Source of the DNA: Crocinitomicaceae bacterium
GTDB taxonomy: Bacteria; Bacteroidota; Bacteroidia; Flavobacteriales_D; Crocinitomicaceae
Length of the DNA: 64,000 nt
Assembly (NCBI GenBank): GCA_021740085.1
Contig: JAIPAL010000002.1
Coordinates: 4,536-68,535 of the forward strand
Direction of reading: 5' to 3'
Position numbers and translations under genes: made by a program. This document shows, in pieces, positions 27,396-36,134 of this stretch. The stretch's first letter is position 1. Each line of letters opens with the position of its first letter. The notes beneath the pieces are model-generated. The model saw only the letters and a list, made by a program, of their open reading frames with translations, searched no databases and had not been told where the DNA came from.

Positions 27396-28754
27396 TTAGG
27401 AATTAATTGTCATTCTAACCTTAACGCCCGTGCCTATTTTGGAGTTATATTCACACTTAATATTTGACATTTTCATTCTATATTGAATATTTTGCATACC
27501 CATACCTGATTGGGCTGTTTCAATATCAAAGCCAATACCGTTATCTTCCAAGGAAATAAAAATTTGATCCGAAGATTTTTCCATAACAAATGTCATTTCT
27601 GTAGCTTGAGAATGTTTTAAGGTATTATTAATTAACTCCTGAATAACTCTAAATAAATTAATCCTATCCACGTTATCCAGCGATTTTTCATCGATGCCTT
27701 TTTGAATTTTTACAATAAATTTTATCTCTCCTATGGAATTAATTCGATTGGCGAATCGATCGATTGCATTTAAAAATCCATGTTCTAATTCAGGAGGATT
27801 AAGCGCATAAGCAATTTCTTTAATGGATCGAATACTTGATTGCAACAAGCTTGAAATATCCTTAAACTGTGCTTCTTCCTCTTGTTTTGGGGTGATGTTT
27901 TGAAAAAGCAAATTCAAGAGAACGAGTTGTTGCCCCAGGCCATCATGCAATTCCCTTGCAATTTTTTTCTTTTCCCTTTCTTCCGCTTGCGTAATTACAT
28001 CAAATTTTTGCTTTTCGAACTTCAATTCTTCCGTTCGATCGATTACCAATGCGATGTATGTTTCTTCTTCTCTTTCCAATTTATTAATTACTATTTCATT
28101 AACGATTTCCAATCCGTTTAAAGTAGTTTGTCTTAAGCGTTGTTTAGCAAAACTCTGATCAATCTCAATTTCAATTTTTTGATCTTTAAAATAATTAAAC
28201 CAATAAATTGATTTTCCTATTATCTCTTCCTCAGTAACTTGATAAAGAGATAGTGCCGCCGGATTTGCCATAGCAATGATTAACGATTTACCGACAAGAC
28301 GAAGAACAGGGAATGGAGAACGATTAAATACGTCCTTGTACTTTTGTTCAGAGTTAAAAATACTAAGTCGAAAACTTCTTCGGAGCATACTATACCGAAT
28401 TGTTTTGTCTAATAACTGAGCATTTATTTCCGTTTTCAATAAATAATCTTGTGCCCCTTTTGATACAATTTCTAAGGCTAAGGCATGATCATTTAATCCT
28501 GAAAGAATAATTATTGATGCGAACTCATACATTTTATGAATTGCTTCGTAAGTGTTAATTCCACTAGAATCAGAAATGCCAAGATCTAACAAAACAACAT
28601 CTGGCTGAAATTCTTCTCGGGCTAATTTAGCGTCACTTAACGACGTAACAATTAATACATCGTTACTATCGAAGTGCAACATTTCTAATTGGTGCTGAAT
28701 AAGATTTGCAAAAGACAGATCATCTTCAACAATTAAAATTTTTGCTAGCTCCAT
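27396..28754 (-). CDS. Soluble hybrid sensor kinase: REC - PAS-like - HisKA_3 - HATPase_c
   Basis: Intact receiver (ILIVEDD, VVLLDLGISD, IIILSG, DYLLKT). PAS-like segment (FNRSPFPVLRL...EEEIIGKSIYWF). H-box ARELHDGLGQQL (NarX/DegS-type), N-box ELINNTLKHS, G-boxes EDNGIGF and GMGMQNI. No TM helix seen. Confidence 0.8.
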   Translation of the reverse strand: MELAKILIVEDDLSFANLIQHQLEMLHFDSNDVLIVTSLSDAKLAREEFQPDVVLLDLGISDSSGINTYEAIHKMYEFASIIILSGLNDHALALEIVSKGAQDYLLKTEINAQLLDKTIRYSMLRRSFRLSIFNSEQKYKDVFNRSPFPVLRLVGKSLIIAMANPAALSLYQVTEEEIIGKSIYWFNYFKDQKIEIEIDQSFAKQRLRQTTLNGLEIVNEIVINKLEREEETYIALVIDRTEELKFEKQKFDVITQAEEREKKKIARELHDGLGQQLVLLNLLFQNITPKQEEEAQFKDISSLLQSSIRSIKEIAYALNPPELEHGFLNAIDRFANRINSIGEIKFIVKIQKGIDEKSLDNVDRINLFRVIQELINNTLKHSQATEMTFVMEKSSDQIFISLEDNGIGFDIETAQSGMGMQNIQYRMKMSNIKCEYNSKIGTGVKVRMTINS

Positions 28755-29416
28755 TCGCCTATCTTACTAAACATAACTTTGTCTTTATCAACAATATCAT
28801 TTAGTCCATTAAAAATAAGTTCCTTGTCTTCCTCACGAAGGCAATTCGTAGGAAAGGACAATTGTAAATCCTTGATATAATCAAAATAGATTGTTTGTTG
28901 CTCTACACTTATCTTTCTCAATCCTTCAAAATAAATAACCGTTACTTCCCTGTCGCAAACAATTAAAGCTTTAGAACTTAATCCAATTCTAAATCGATTT
29001 TTATAGCCTATCGCTAAAAACAATATGTTATCAAATGAAAAACTCAACAAAACGATGGTCGGGACAAGTGCATGAGGCGTTAAGTTATAAATGGAGAGCC
29101 CTAAACTTAGCATGATACAGGATTCTATTAAATTATAAACAACAACCCTATTTTTACGTGCGGTACTTACCTCAAAATTAATTATAAACCGCTCCGTAGT
29201 ATTCACTATTTTCATTCCCATCCAACGCTTCAAACTTCTTCGAAAAGCAATAAGGCCCATTAATGTTGCCAATAACCAAAAAATTTCATCAGCAAAACTC
29301 AAATTCTTACCAGAGGTTTTTAAGATTTCAACCGGAAGATCAAAACCAACAATAATGGTCAACATTATTAGGGGAAAGGTAAGCGCAAGTAAAATAGCAT
29401 TCACAAAACTATTCAT
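28745..29416 (-). CDS. Uncharacterised integral membrane protein (about 4 TM helices plus a soluble C-terminal domain)
   Basis: Hydrophobic segments AILLALTFPLIMLTIIVGF, IFWLLATLMGLIAF, LIESCIMLSLGLSIY and LVPTIVLLSFSFDNILFLAIG, then a ~80 aa soluble tail. Overlaps both neighbours (8 nt and 10 nt). No family recognised. Confidence 0.5.
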   Translation of the reverse strand: MNSFVNAILLALTFPLIMLTIIVGFDLPVEILKTSGKNLSFADEIFWLLATLMGLIAFRRSLKRWMGMKIVNTTERFIINFEVSTARKNRVVVYNLIESCIMLSLGLSIYNLTPHALVPTIVLLSFSFDNILFLAIGYKNRFRIGLSSKALIVCDREVTVIYFEGLRKISVEQQTIYFDYIKDLQLSFPTNCLREEDKELIFNGLNDIVDKDKVMFSKIGEWS

Positions 29417-31118
29417 TCGGAATAAGTTTTAACTTACCTCTTAATTGAAGTATTTCTTGTTTTATTTTCTCAATTTTTGACTCCACCTCTTTTTTCAGTG
29501 CATCTGCCCCTTTTGATTTGGCAAAAAACCCAAGGTTTGTTTCATATTGCAACGCTTCATTTGACAAACTATCCATTTGTCGTTTGATCTCTGCACGTTC
29601 TTTTTGGTAAAGTTTTGTTCGCTCTGGGCTAGCATTCATCACATCAAGTTTGGCAGAAAAAAGCAAGCTTGCTCGTTCATTTCCTTCCAATTTCAAATCC
29701 GAATATTTCGCGTCTAAGGCTTTTTTATAGGCACTATAAATCGATTCTTTTTTCGTTAGAGGCACATGCCCAATTTTGGAAAAAGACTGACTAAACTTTT
29801 TAAAATCAGATAACGCTGTCGATTTGTCCGTGATTTTATATGCGTTAACTGCTTCAATTAATGCCAATTTCAGATTTAGGTTGTTTTCTAATTCATCCGC
29901 CTGATCTTTTGTAGATTTCTCTCTTGCATTAAAGAAAACATCGCACGAAGCTCTAAATTCGGACCATAATCTATTTTCAAACTTGTGTCCTGCGGGCCCT
30001 AATGCCTTCCAGCGTTGTTGAATTTTTATTATTTTGTCAGCTGTTAGTTTCCACTCTGTATCGTTATTGATCGCTTTTACTTCGTTAATTAAGCCTTTTT
30101 TTAATTCAATGTTCTGTTGAATAATAGCTTCGTTTTTTTTGCTAACTTCTTTTTTAGCGCCAAAAAACTGATCACATAAATTTCGGAATTCACCCCAAAC
30201 AGCTTCGTTTTCTTTTTTTGAACCAGGTCCTATTTTCTTCCACTCCTCTTGTAATTTTAAAACCTCGATGGTATTACTTTCATAAAATTTGGGAGACGCG
30301 TTCTCATCAAGTTGATTTACTATTTCTTGGAGGTTATTTATTAGCAATTTCTTCTTCAGAATATTGTCCGCCAATATTGTTCTTTGCTCGTCGTAATGCG
30401 CATTAATTTTATCATAAACTGATCGTACGGCTTCCCAATAACTATTTTTTACTACTGCCCATTCGTCATTAGATACCGGACCAATTTCTTCCCATTCATC
30501 TTGTAAAACCCTGAGATTACTTTCCATTTCTCGAATTGGTCCTTTGCTATTTCGCAATTGCTGTAAACGTTGAATCAAGCCTTGTTTTAACTGTGTATTT
30601 CTTTTATAGTCATGATCTTTTATCTCTCTATAAATTTTCATTGTATAAAAGAAAATCTCCAATATCCTTGAATATTCTCGTTGAATTTCATCGCGCTTAT
30701 CACGTGGGATATCCCCAATTTTCTTCCACGTTTCGTGTATTTCTTTGTACGCTTGAAAGGCCACAGAAATGTTTTCCTCCTTTTCAATTACTTCTTTTAA
30801 GCTAACGATTAATGACTTTTTTAACTTTAAATTTTCAGCTTCTAAAGTTGTTTTTAACGCTACTTGTTGCTTCCGTATTTCTTGAAATTTTTTATATTCC
30901 AAATAGAAAGATTCTTTTGTCGATTCAAAATCAATGTCGGGTATTACATCACCTCGTTCAGATGCTTCCATTTTAGCCACTTGATGTAGGCGTTCTTGTT
31001 CGAGCAAGAAATCCTCGAAGTGACTTCTGATATCGGAGGCTTCTTTTCCTAAAACGATTAAATCTTCCGCCATCGTGAGCGCGGTGATTTTTTCAATAAA
31101 GGGCTGAAATTCGATCAT
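29409..31118 (-). CDS. DUF349 domain-containing protein (repetitive helical protein)
   Basis: Several copies of the DUF349-type repeat: WKKIGDIPRDKRDEIQREY, EWEEIGPVSNDEWAVVKNSYW, EWKKIGPGSKKENEAVWGEFR and RWKALGPAGHKFENRLWSEFR. Confidence 0.75.
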   Translation of the reverse strand: MIEFQPFIEKITALTMAEDLIVLGKEASDIRSHFEDFLLEQERLHQVAKMEASERGDVIPDIDFESTKESFYLEYKKFQEIRKQQVALKTTLEAENLKLKKSLIVSLKEVIEKEENISVAFQAYKEIHETWKKIGDIPRDKRDEIQREYSRILEIFFYTMKIYREIKDHDYKRNTQLKQGLIQRLQQLRNSKGPIREMESNLRVLQDEWEEIGPVSNDEWAVVKNSYWEAVRSVYDKINAHYDEQRTILADNILKKKLLINNLQEIVNQLDENASPKFYESNTIEVLKLQEEWKKIGPGSKKENEAVWGEFRNLCDQFFGAKKEVSKKNEAIIQQNIELKKGLINEVKAINNDTEWKLTADKIIKIQQRWKALGPAGHKFENRLWSEFRASCDVFFNAREKSTKDQADELENNLNLKLALIEAVNAYKITDKSTALSDFKKFSQSFSKIGHVPLTKKESIYSAYKKALDAKYSDLKLEGNERASLLFSAKLDVMNASPERTKLYQKERAEIKRQMDSLSNEALQYETNLGFFAKSKGADALKKEVESKIEKIKQEILQLRGKLKLIPNE

Positions 31119-32038
31119 ATTTCTTTCATTTGAAAATGTGCTAACTCAACAAAGCTATCAATTCTATTGTTCAGCTCCGCCTTAGTAATTTCTTTCAATC
31201 GATCCGTTCCAAATTTCTCCACACAAAAAGAGGCCAATGCTGATCCAGCAATGATTGCTCTTTTCATGTTCTCAAAACTAAAATCATCCGTTGAAGCAAT
31301 ATAGCCCATAAAACCACCCGCAAAAGTATCACCTGCGCCTGTTGGGTCAAAAACATCTGCTAAAGGAAGCGCAGGGGCATAAAATATTTTTTCTCCATGA
31401 AACAACAAAGCCCCATGTTCGCCTTTTTTTATAATCACAATTTTGGGTCCCATTGCTTGAATGATTGAAGCAGCCTTCACCAATGAATAAGTGCCGGAAA
31501 GTTGCCTTGCTTCTTCATCGTTAATGATTATTACATCAACTAATTGAATCGTTTTCTTTAATTCCTCCAAAGCAATATCCATCCAAAAATTCATCGTGTC
31601 CATAGCGATGAGTTTTGGACGTACTACTAATCGTTCGATAACTGTTCGTTGTACTTCAGGGCTCAAATTTCCCAATAATAGGTAGTCAATGTTTTGATAA
31701 CTTTCTGGAACTATAGGGTCAAATGTTCCCAAAACATTAAGCTCAGTTGCTAATGTGTCCCTGGAATTCATGTCGTTGTGATACTTTCCTGACCAGAAAA
31801 ATGTCTTTCCTCCTTGAATAATTTGTAGGCCTTCTAAATTCACACCTTTATCTTTCATTTCTTCTAACGTTGCCATCGGGAAATCTTCGCCAACAACTGA
31901 AATAATTCCTTGTTCCTTTACAAAAAAAGAGGCGGAAAAACATATATAAGTACCTGCGCCACCTACAATTTTATCTGTTTTTCCGTATGGGGTTTCGATA
32001 GCATCAAAAGCAACACTACCTACTGTTAATAAATTCAT
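31115..32038 (-). CDS. PfkB-family carbohydrate/nucleoside kinase
   Basis: PfkB signature DPTGAGDTFAGGF and N-terminal GGAGTY. Start moved to the ATG at 32038 (MNLLTVGSVAFD). Confidence 0.8.
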   Translation of the reverse strand: MNLLTVGSVAFDAIETPYGKTDKIVGGAGTYICFSASFFVKEQGIISVVGEDFPMATLEEMKDKGVNLEGLQIIQGGKTFFWSGKYHNDMNSRDTLATELNVLGTFDPIVPESYQNIDYLLLGNLSPEVQRTVIERLVVRPKLIAMDTMNFWMDIALEELKKTIQLVDVIIINDEEARQLSGTYSLVKAASIIQAMGPKIVIIKKGEHGALLFHGEKIFYAPALPLADVFDPTGAGDTFAGGFMGYIASTDDFSFENMKRAIIAGSALASFCVEKFGTDRLKEITKAELNNRIDSFVELAHFQMKEI

Positions 32039-32169
32039 GCGTACTATTTTATTGCAAAGATAGGGAATTACCCTTGTATCGTACAATGAAATAAGCGCAT
32101 AATAAAGGAAATTTAACTGCTCGTATGGAGATTTTTATTAATTTCAAACAAAACTTATATTTTTCGACC

Positions 32170-32811
32170 ATGAAACTATTTCAAATTGCCTTTCTATTTT
32201 TTTTAATCTCTTGTGGTAATGAAATTATTGAAAAAAGACCCAATCCTAGAGAGGCTAAAGACACTGTTCAACTTGAAGAAGCAAAAATAAATGACCTTGA
32301 CTTAGGTGATAGTATTCGAGCTGTGATTAATCATGCTAAATGGCAAACCACGCAACAAGTCACCTATGACCCAGCATACGTCGTATTAAAATACCCAAAT
32401 GGAGATGTTCCTGCAAACAAAGGTGTTTGTACCGATGTAATAATCAGGGCCTATCGTGCAATTAATATTGATTTGCAAAAATTAGTTCATGAGGATATTA
32501 AAGCTAATCCTAGGCGCTACGGCAACCCTATTCTTGATGCCAATATTAATCACCGGCGCTGTAGCACCTTGATTCCATTTTTCAAGAAACATGCGACGTC
32601 ACTTCCAATAAGCGACCTTGAGGAAGATTATAAACCAGGAGATATTGTTTTTTGGAAAATTGCTAGGGGACATGTGGGACTTGTCATAGACGAAAAAGTC
32701 CCGAATACAAATAGGTACTACATTGTGCATAATATAGGTATTGGACCTCAAAAAGAAGACATTTTATTTAGAGATGAGATTGTAGGGCATTTTAGTTATA
32801 CCCCATGGTAA
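32170..32811 (+). CDS. DUF1287 domain-containing lipoprotein/secreted protein
   Basis: GVCTDVIIRAYRAINIDLQKLVHEDI...GDIVFWKIARGHVGLVI matches my recollection of DUF1287. Start moved to the ATG at 32170 (MKLFQIAFLFFLISC, lipobox-like). Confidence 0.65.
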   Translation: MKLFQIAFLFFLISCGNEIIEKRPNPREAKDTVQLEEAKINDLDLGDSIRAVINHAKWQTTQQVTYDPAYVVLKYPNGDVPANKGVCTDVIIRAYRAINIDLQKLVHEDIKANPRRYGNPILDANINHRRCSTLIPFFKKHATSLPISDLEEDYKPGDIVFWKIARGHVGLVIDEKVPNTNRYYIVHNIGIGPQKEDILFRDEIVGHFSYTPW

Positions 32812-32823
32812 TTTAAGAACAAT

Positions 32824-34356
32824 CTATAAATCAAATTTTATCCCTTGCGCCAAGGGTAAACTATCCGAATAATTAATCGTATTCGTTTGTCTTCTCATAT
32901 AAACTTTCCAAGCATCGGAACCAGATTCTCTTCCCCCGCCAGTTTCTTTTTCCCCTCCAAAAGCTCCTCCAATTTCGGCTCCAGAAGTTCCTATATTCAC
33001 ATTCGCAATACCGCAATCAGATCCGGAATTAGCGAGAAAAGCTTCCGCTTCCTTGAGGTTATTTGTCATAATAGCAGAAGAAAGTCCTTGAGGAACACTG
33101 TTTTGAAGAGTGATCGCATTCGATAGTTCTCCCGAATATTTCATTAAATATAAAATCGGAGCAAACGTCTCGTGTTGAACCATGGAATAATGGTTTTTTG
33201 CTTCGAGAATAACAGGTTTCACATAACAACCGGATGTATATTGAGGTCCCGTTAACACTTCACTATCAATTAGGGCGATTGCTCCTTCGGTTTTTGCTTT
33301 TTCAATTGCTTCCAAATAATTATTAACCGCATCTTTATCGATTAAAGGCCCAACATGGTTGTTAACGTCAAGCGGATCTCCAATTTTTAGTTGCCCATAC
33401 GCTTTCACTATAGCATCTTTCACTTTATCATAAATTTCTTCATGAATAATCAAACGTCTTGTTGATGTGCATCGTTGTCCAGCAGTACCAACAGCACCGA
33501 AAACAGCACCAGGAACAACCACTTTTAGATCCGCACTAGGTGCAATTATTATTGCATTGTTTCCTCCAAGTTCCAACAAAGCCCTTCCTAGTCTAGCGCC
33601 AACTAAAGCGCCAACACTTTTTCCCATTCGGGTAGATCCTGTTGCTGAAATTAAGGGAACGCGTGTATCATTTGCCATCAACTTGCCAATTTCAGCATCG
33701 CCAATCACCAAAGAAGACACCCCTTCTGGAACGCCATTCGCCTTAAAGACTTCATTCGTTATAAATTGGCACGCCAAAGCCGTAAGAGGTGTTTTTTCTG
33801 ATGGTTTCCAAACACAAACATCACCACAAACCCAAGCTAATGCGCTATTCCAATTCCAAACGGCAACAGGAAAATTAAAAGCAGAAATAATCCCAACAAT
33901 TCCTAAAGGATGATATTGCTCATACATTCTGTGCCCTGGTCTTTCAGAGTGCATGGTTAGACCATAAAGTTGGCGAGATAGGCCTACAGCAAAATCACAA
34001 ATATCAATCATCTCCTGTACCTCGCCTAAGCCTTCCTGAAGTGATTTTCCCATTTCATATGAAACTAATTTTCCAAGCGGTTCTTTATAAAAACGTATTC
34101 TTTCTGCTAACTGACGAACTATTTCACCTCGTTTTGGTGCGGGAATTTTTCTCCATTCGATAAATGCCGATTGCGCCGTTTCAATAATTATGTTGTAATC
34201 TGTAGGGGTAGCAGACTTTACTGACGCAATTAATTTCCCATCAACGGGAGAATAAGAATCAATCTTCGCACCAGTTGTATCCATCCAATTCTGACCCGTA
34301 GAAGCGCCATTATTTATTGGCTGGATATTAAATATTTTTAAAACACTTTCCATCAT
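32824..34356 (-). CDS. Aldehyde dehydrogenase family protein (ALDH7 / aminoadipate-semialdehyde dehydrogenase-like)
   Basis: Catalytic Glu in LELGGNNA and Cys in GTAGQRCTS. Overall similarity by eye to antiquitin-type enzymes (WRKIPAPKRGEIVRQL). Start moved to the ATG at 34356. Confidence 0.8.
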   Translation of the reverse strand: MMESVLKIFNIQPINNGASTGQNWMDTTGAKIDSYSPVDGKLIASVKSATPTDYNIIIETAQSAFIEWRKIPAPKRGEIVRQLAERIRFYKEPLGKLVSYEMGKSLQEGLGEVQEMIDICDFAVGLSRQLYGLTMHSERPGHRMYEQYHPLGIVGIISAFNFPVAVWNWNSALAWVCGDVCVWKPSEKTPLTALACQFITNEVFKANGVPEGVSSLVIGDAEIGKLMANDTRVPLISATGSTRMGKSVGALVGARLGRALLELGGNNAIIIAPSADLKVVVPGAVFGAVGTAGQRCTSTRRLIIHEEIYDKVKDAIVKAYGQLKIGDPLDVNNHVGPLIDKDAVNNYLEAIEKAKTEGAIALIDSEVLTGPQYTSGCYVKPVILEAKNHYSMVQHETFAPILYLMKYSGELSNAITLQNSVPQGLSSAIMTNNLKEAEAFLANSGSDCGIANVNIGTSGAEIGGAFGGEKETGGGRESGSDAWKVYMRRQTNTINYSDSLPLAQGIKFDL

Positions 34357-34433
34357 TTTATAACTTATTAGATTTATTAAGCACAAAATTAATCGCTTTT
34401 GTTAGAGGAAGGGCAAAAGCAAAACTAATTGAC

Positions 34434-34469
34434 AAAAAAAAACCGCTAAGAAAAAATCTCAACGGTTTT
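34434..34469 (-). terminator. Probable rho-independent terminator after rplY
   Basis: On the minus strand: ccgttgag / cttagcgg, an 8-bp stem with 2 G-U pairs and a 7-nt loop, followed by U9 (plus-strand A-run 34434-34442). Lies about 20 nt downstream of the rplY stop. Confidence 0.55.
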
Positions 34470-34488
34470 AAAGTAATAAATACAATCC

Positions 34489-35073
34489 TTATTCTTCATC
34501 ATCATCATCAGAGTCTGCAGGTTTAATTGCACCTCTTGCCATTTTCACAGAAACAACAACTGCATTCGCAGGATCTAAAAAAGTTATTCCTGGAATAGAA
34601 ATGCTATTTACCCGGATTGATTGTCCAATTTTTAACTTGGCTATATCCAAGGTAATGGCATCAGGAATAGCAGAAGGTAATCCGATACAAGATAAATTTC
34701 TAAAAACCTGCATCAATCGACCACCAGCTAATACACCACGTGCCGAACCAACTAAACGAACTGGTAATTTCACACTTACCGGCTTTGTTTCACTTAACTC
34801 GTAGAAATCTACATGCTGAATGGTGTCTTTTGTTGGATGTTGTTGTAATTCTCGGATAATTCCCATTGCTTTTTTTCCTTCGATATCAAGCTCTACTTGA
34901 TAAACCTCAGGAGAAAATACAATTTTATCTATTGCTACCCGACTAACAGAAAAATGTGTTTGGGTACCTTGACCGTATAATACACATGGTACCCTGCCTT
35001 CATTTCTGATAAGCGCAGCGTCCTTTTTCCCTACGTTCGCTCTAAGCGAACCGCTCAATTGTGCTGTTTTCAT
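34489..35073 (-). CDS. rplY: 50S ribosomal protein L25 / general stress protein Ctc
   Basis: LRNEGRVPCVLYG N-terminal motif, two-domain length (194 aa), acidic C-terminal tail (DSDDDDEE). Confidence 0.9.
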   Translation of the reverse strand: MKTAQLSGSLRANVGKKDAALIRNEGRVPCVLYGQGTQTHFSVSRVAIDKIVFSPEVYQVELDIEGKKAMGIIRELQQHPTKDTIQHVDFYELSETKPVSVKLPVRLVGSARGVLAGGRLMQVFRNLSCIGLPSAIPDAITLDIAKLKIGQSIRVNSISIPGITFLDPANAVVVSVKMARGAIKPADSDDDDEE

Positions 35074-35084
35074 TTATTATTTAT

Positions 35085-36014
35085 TTAAGAGATTACAAAA
35101 TGTGAACTAATTGATTCATTATTAACCAATTTTTTAATTACGTCTGCAAATAAATCTGCAACCGAAATGACACGAATTTTTGGGCTTGATTTCGCCAAAG
35201 GAATTGTATCGGTGACAATAATTTCTGTTAGCTTAGAATTGTTTATGCGTTCAAATGCTGGTCCAGACAAGACGGCATGTGTACAAAATGCTCGAACACT
35301 AAGTGCGCCTTTTTCCATCAACAAATCTGCTGCAGTGGTTAATGTTCCGGCTGTATCGCACATATCGTCAATGATTATGACGTCCTTACCCACCACATCA
35401 CCAATAACCGTCATTTCAGCTATTTCATTCGCGCGTTTTCTATTTTTATGACAAAGCGCTAAGCCGCAATTTAAATTTTTGGCATATGAATTCGCTCTTT
35501 TTGCACCACCCACATCAGGAGCTGCAATTACCAAATTACCATTGTCTAATTTATTTATTTCTTTTAAGAAAAGGGTAGAAGCATATAAATGATCGACCGG
35601 AACCTCAAAAAAACCTTGAATTTGATCCGCATGTAAATCCATTGTCATAACCCTATCTACTCCTGCAGCAATCAGCATATTGGCAATCAATTTTGCGCCA
35701 ATTGCAACCCTTGGCTTATCTTTTCGATCTTGACGAGCAAATCCAAAATAGGGGATTACAGCAATAATTTTTCGAGCGGAAGCTCTTCTTGCTGCGTCAA
35801 TAAGAAGTAGTAATTCAAAAATATTTTCGGTTGGAGGCATGGTAGATTGAATAATAAAAACATCCTGTCCACGCACTGTTTCCTCAAAAGATGGTTGAAA
35901 CTCCCCGTCACTAAAAACGGTTACATTTACGTCTCCCAACGGCAAGCCAAAATGCTCGGCAATTCGTGAAGATAAATCAAGTGAAGCTCTACCAGAAAAT
36001 AATTTAACGCCCAT
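35085..36014 (-). CDS. prs: Ribose-phosphate pyrophosphokinase
   Basis: DLHADQIQGFF, PRPP-binding loop VIIIDDMCDTAGT, PYFGFARQDRK. 309 aa. Confidence 0.95.
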   Translation of the reverse strand: MGVKLFSGRASLDLSSRIAEHFGLPLGDVNVTVFSDGEFQPSFEETVRGQDVFIIQSTMPPTENIFELLLLIDAARRASARKIIAVIPYFGFARQDRKDKPRVAIGAKLIANMLIAAGVDRVMTMDLHADQIQGFFEVPVDHLYASTLFLKEINKLDNGNLVIAAPDVGGAKRANSYAKNLNCGLALCHKNRKRANEIAEMTVIGDVVGKDVIIIDDMCDTAGTLTTAADLLMEKGALSVRAFCTHAVLSGPAFERINNSKLTEIIVTDTIPLAKSSPKIRVISVADLFADVIKKLVNNESISSHFVIS

Positions 36015-36031
36015 TAGTTTATTAAAGAGTG

Positions 36032-36039
36032 CAAAGTTA
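36032..36039 (-). promoter_or_regulatory. Candidate -7 box TAACTTTG (minus strand) upstream of prs
   Basis: Plus-strand caaagtta is minus-strand TAACTTTG, 17 nt upstream of the prs ATG at 36014. Confidence 0.3.
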
Positions 36040-36134
36040 GGGATTTAAAAGAAAATAAAATAATTTTAACGCTCAATATAAACACAAAAATTATATCCAT
36101 TATTATTAAGGTAAGCTTATAAACTGATTTAGAC

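Noticed and set aside
33467-33913. A 148-aa plus-strand ORF antisense to the aldehyde dehydrogenase gene. Similar antisense ORFs occur at 13664-14008, 10765-11112, 10489-10749, 3725-4060, 35167-35451 and 55157-55444.
   Set aside because: All are fully nested antisense to genes with strong motif support. They have low-complexity Pro/Ser/Thr/Ala-rich or otherwise featureless translations and no start context or promoter boxes. They look like typical shadow ORFs.
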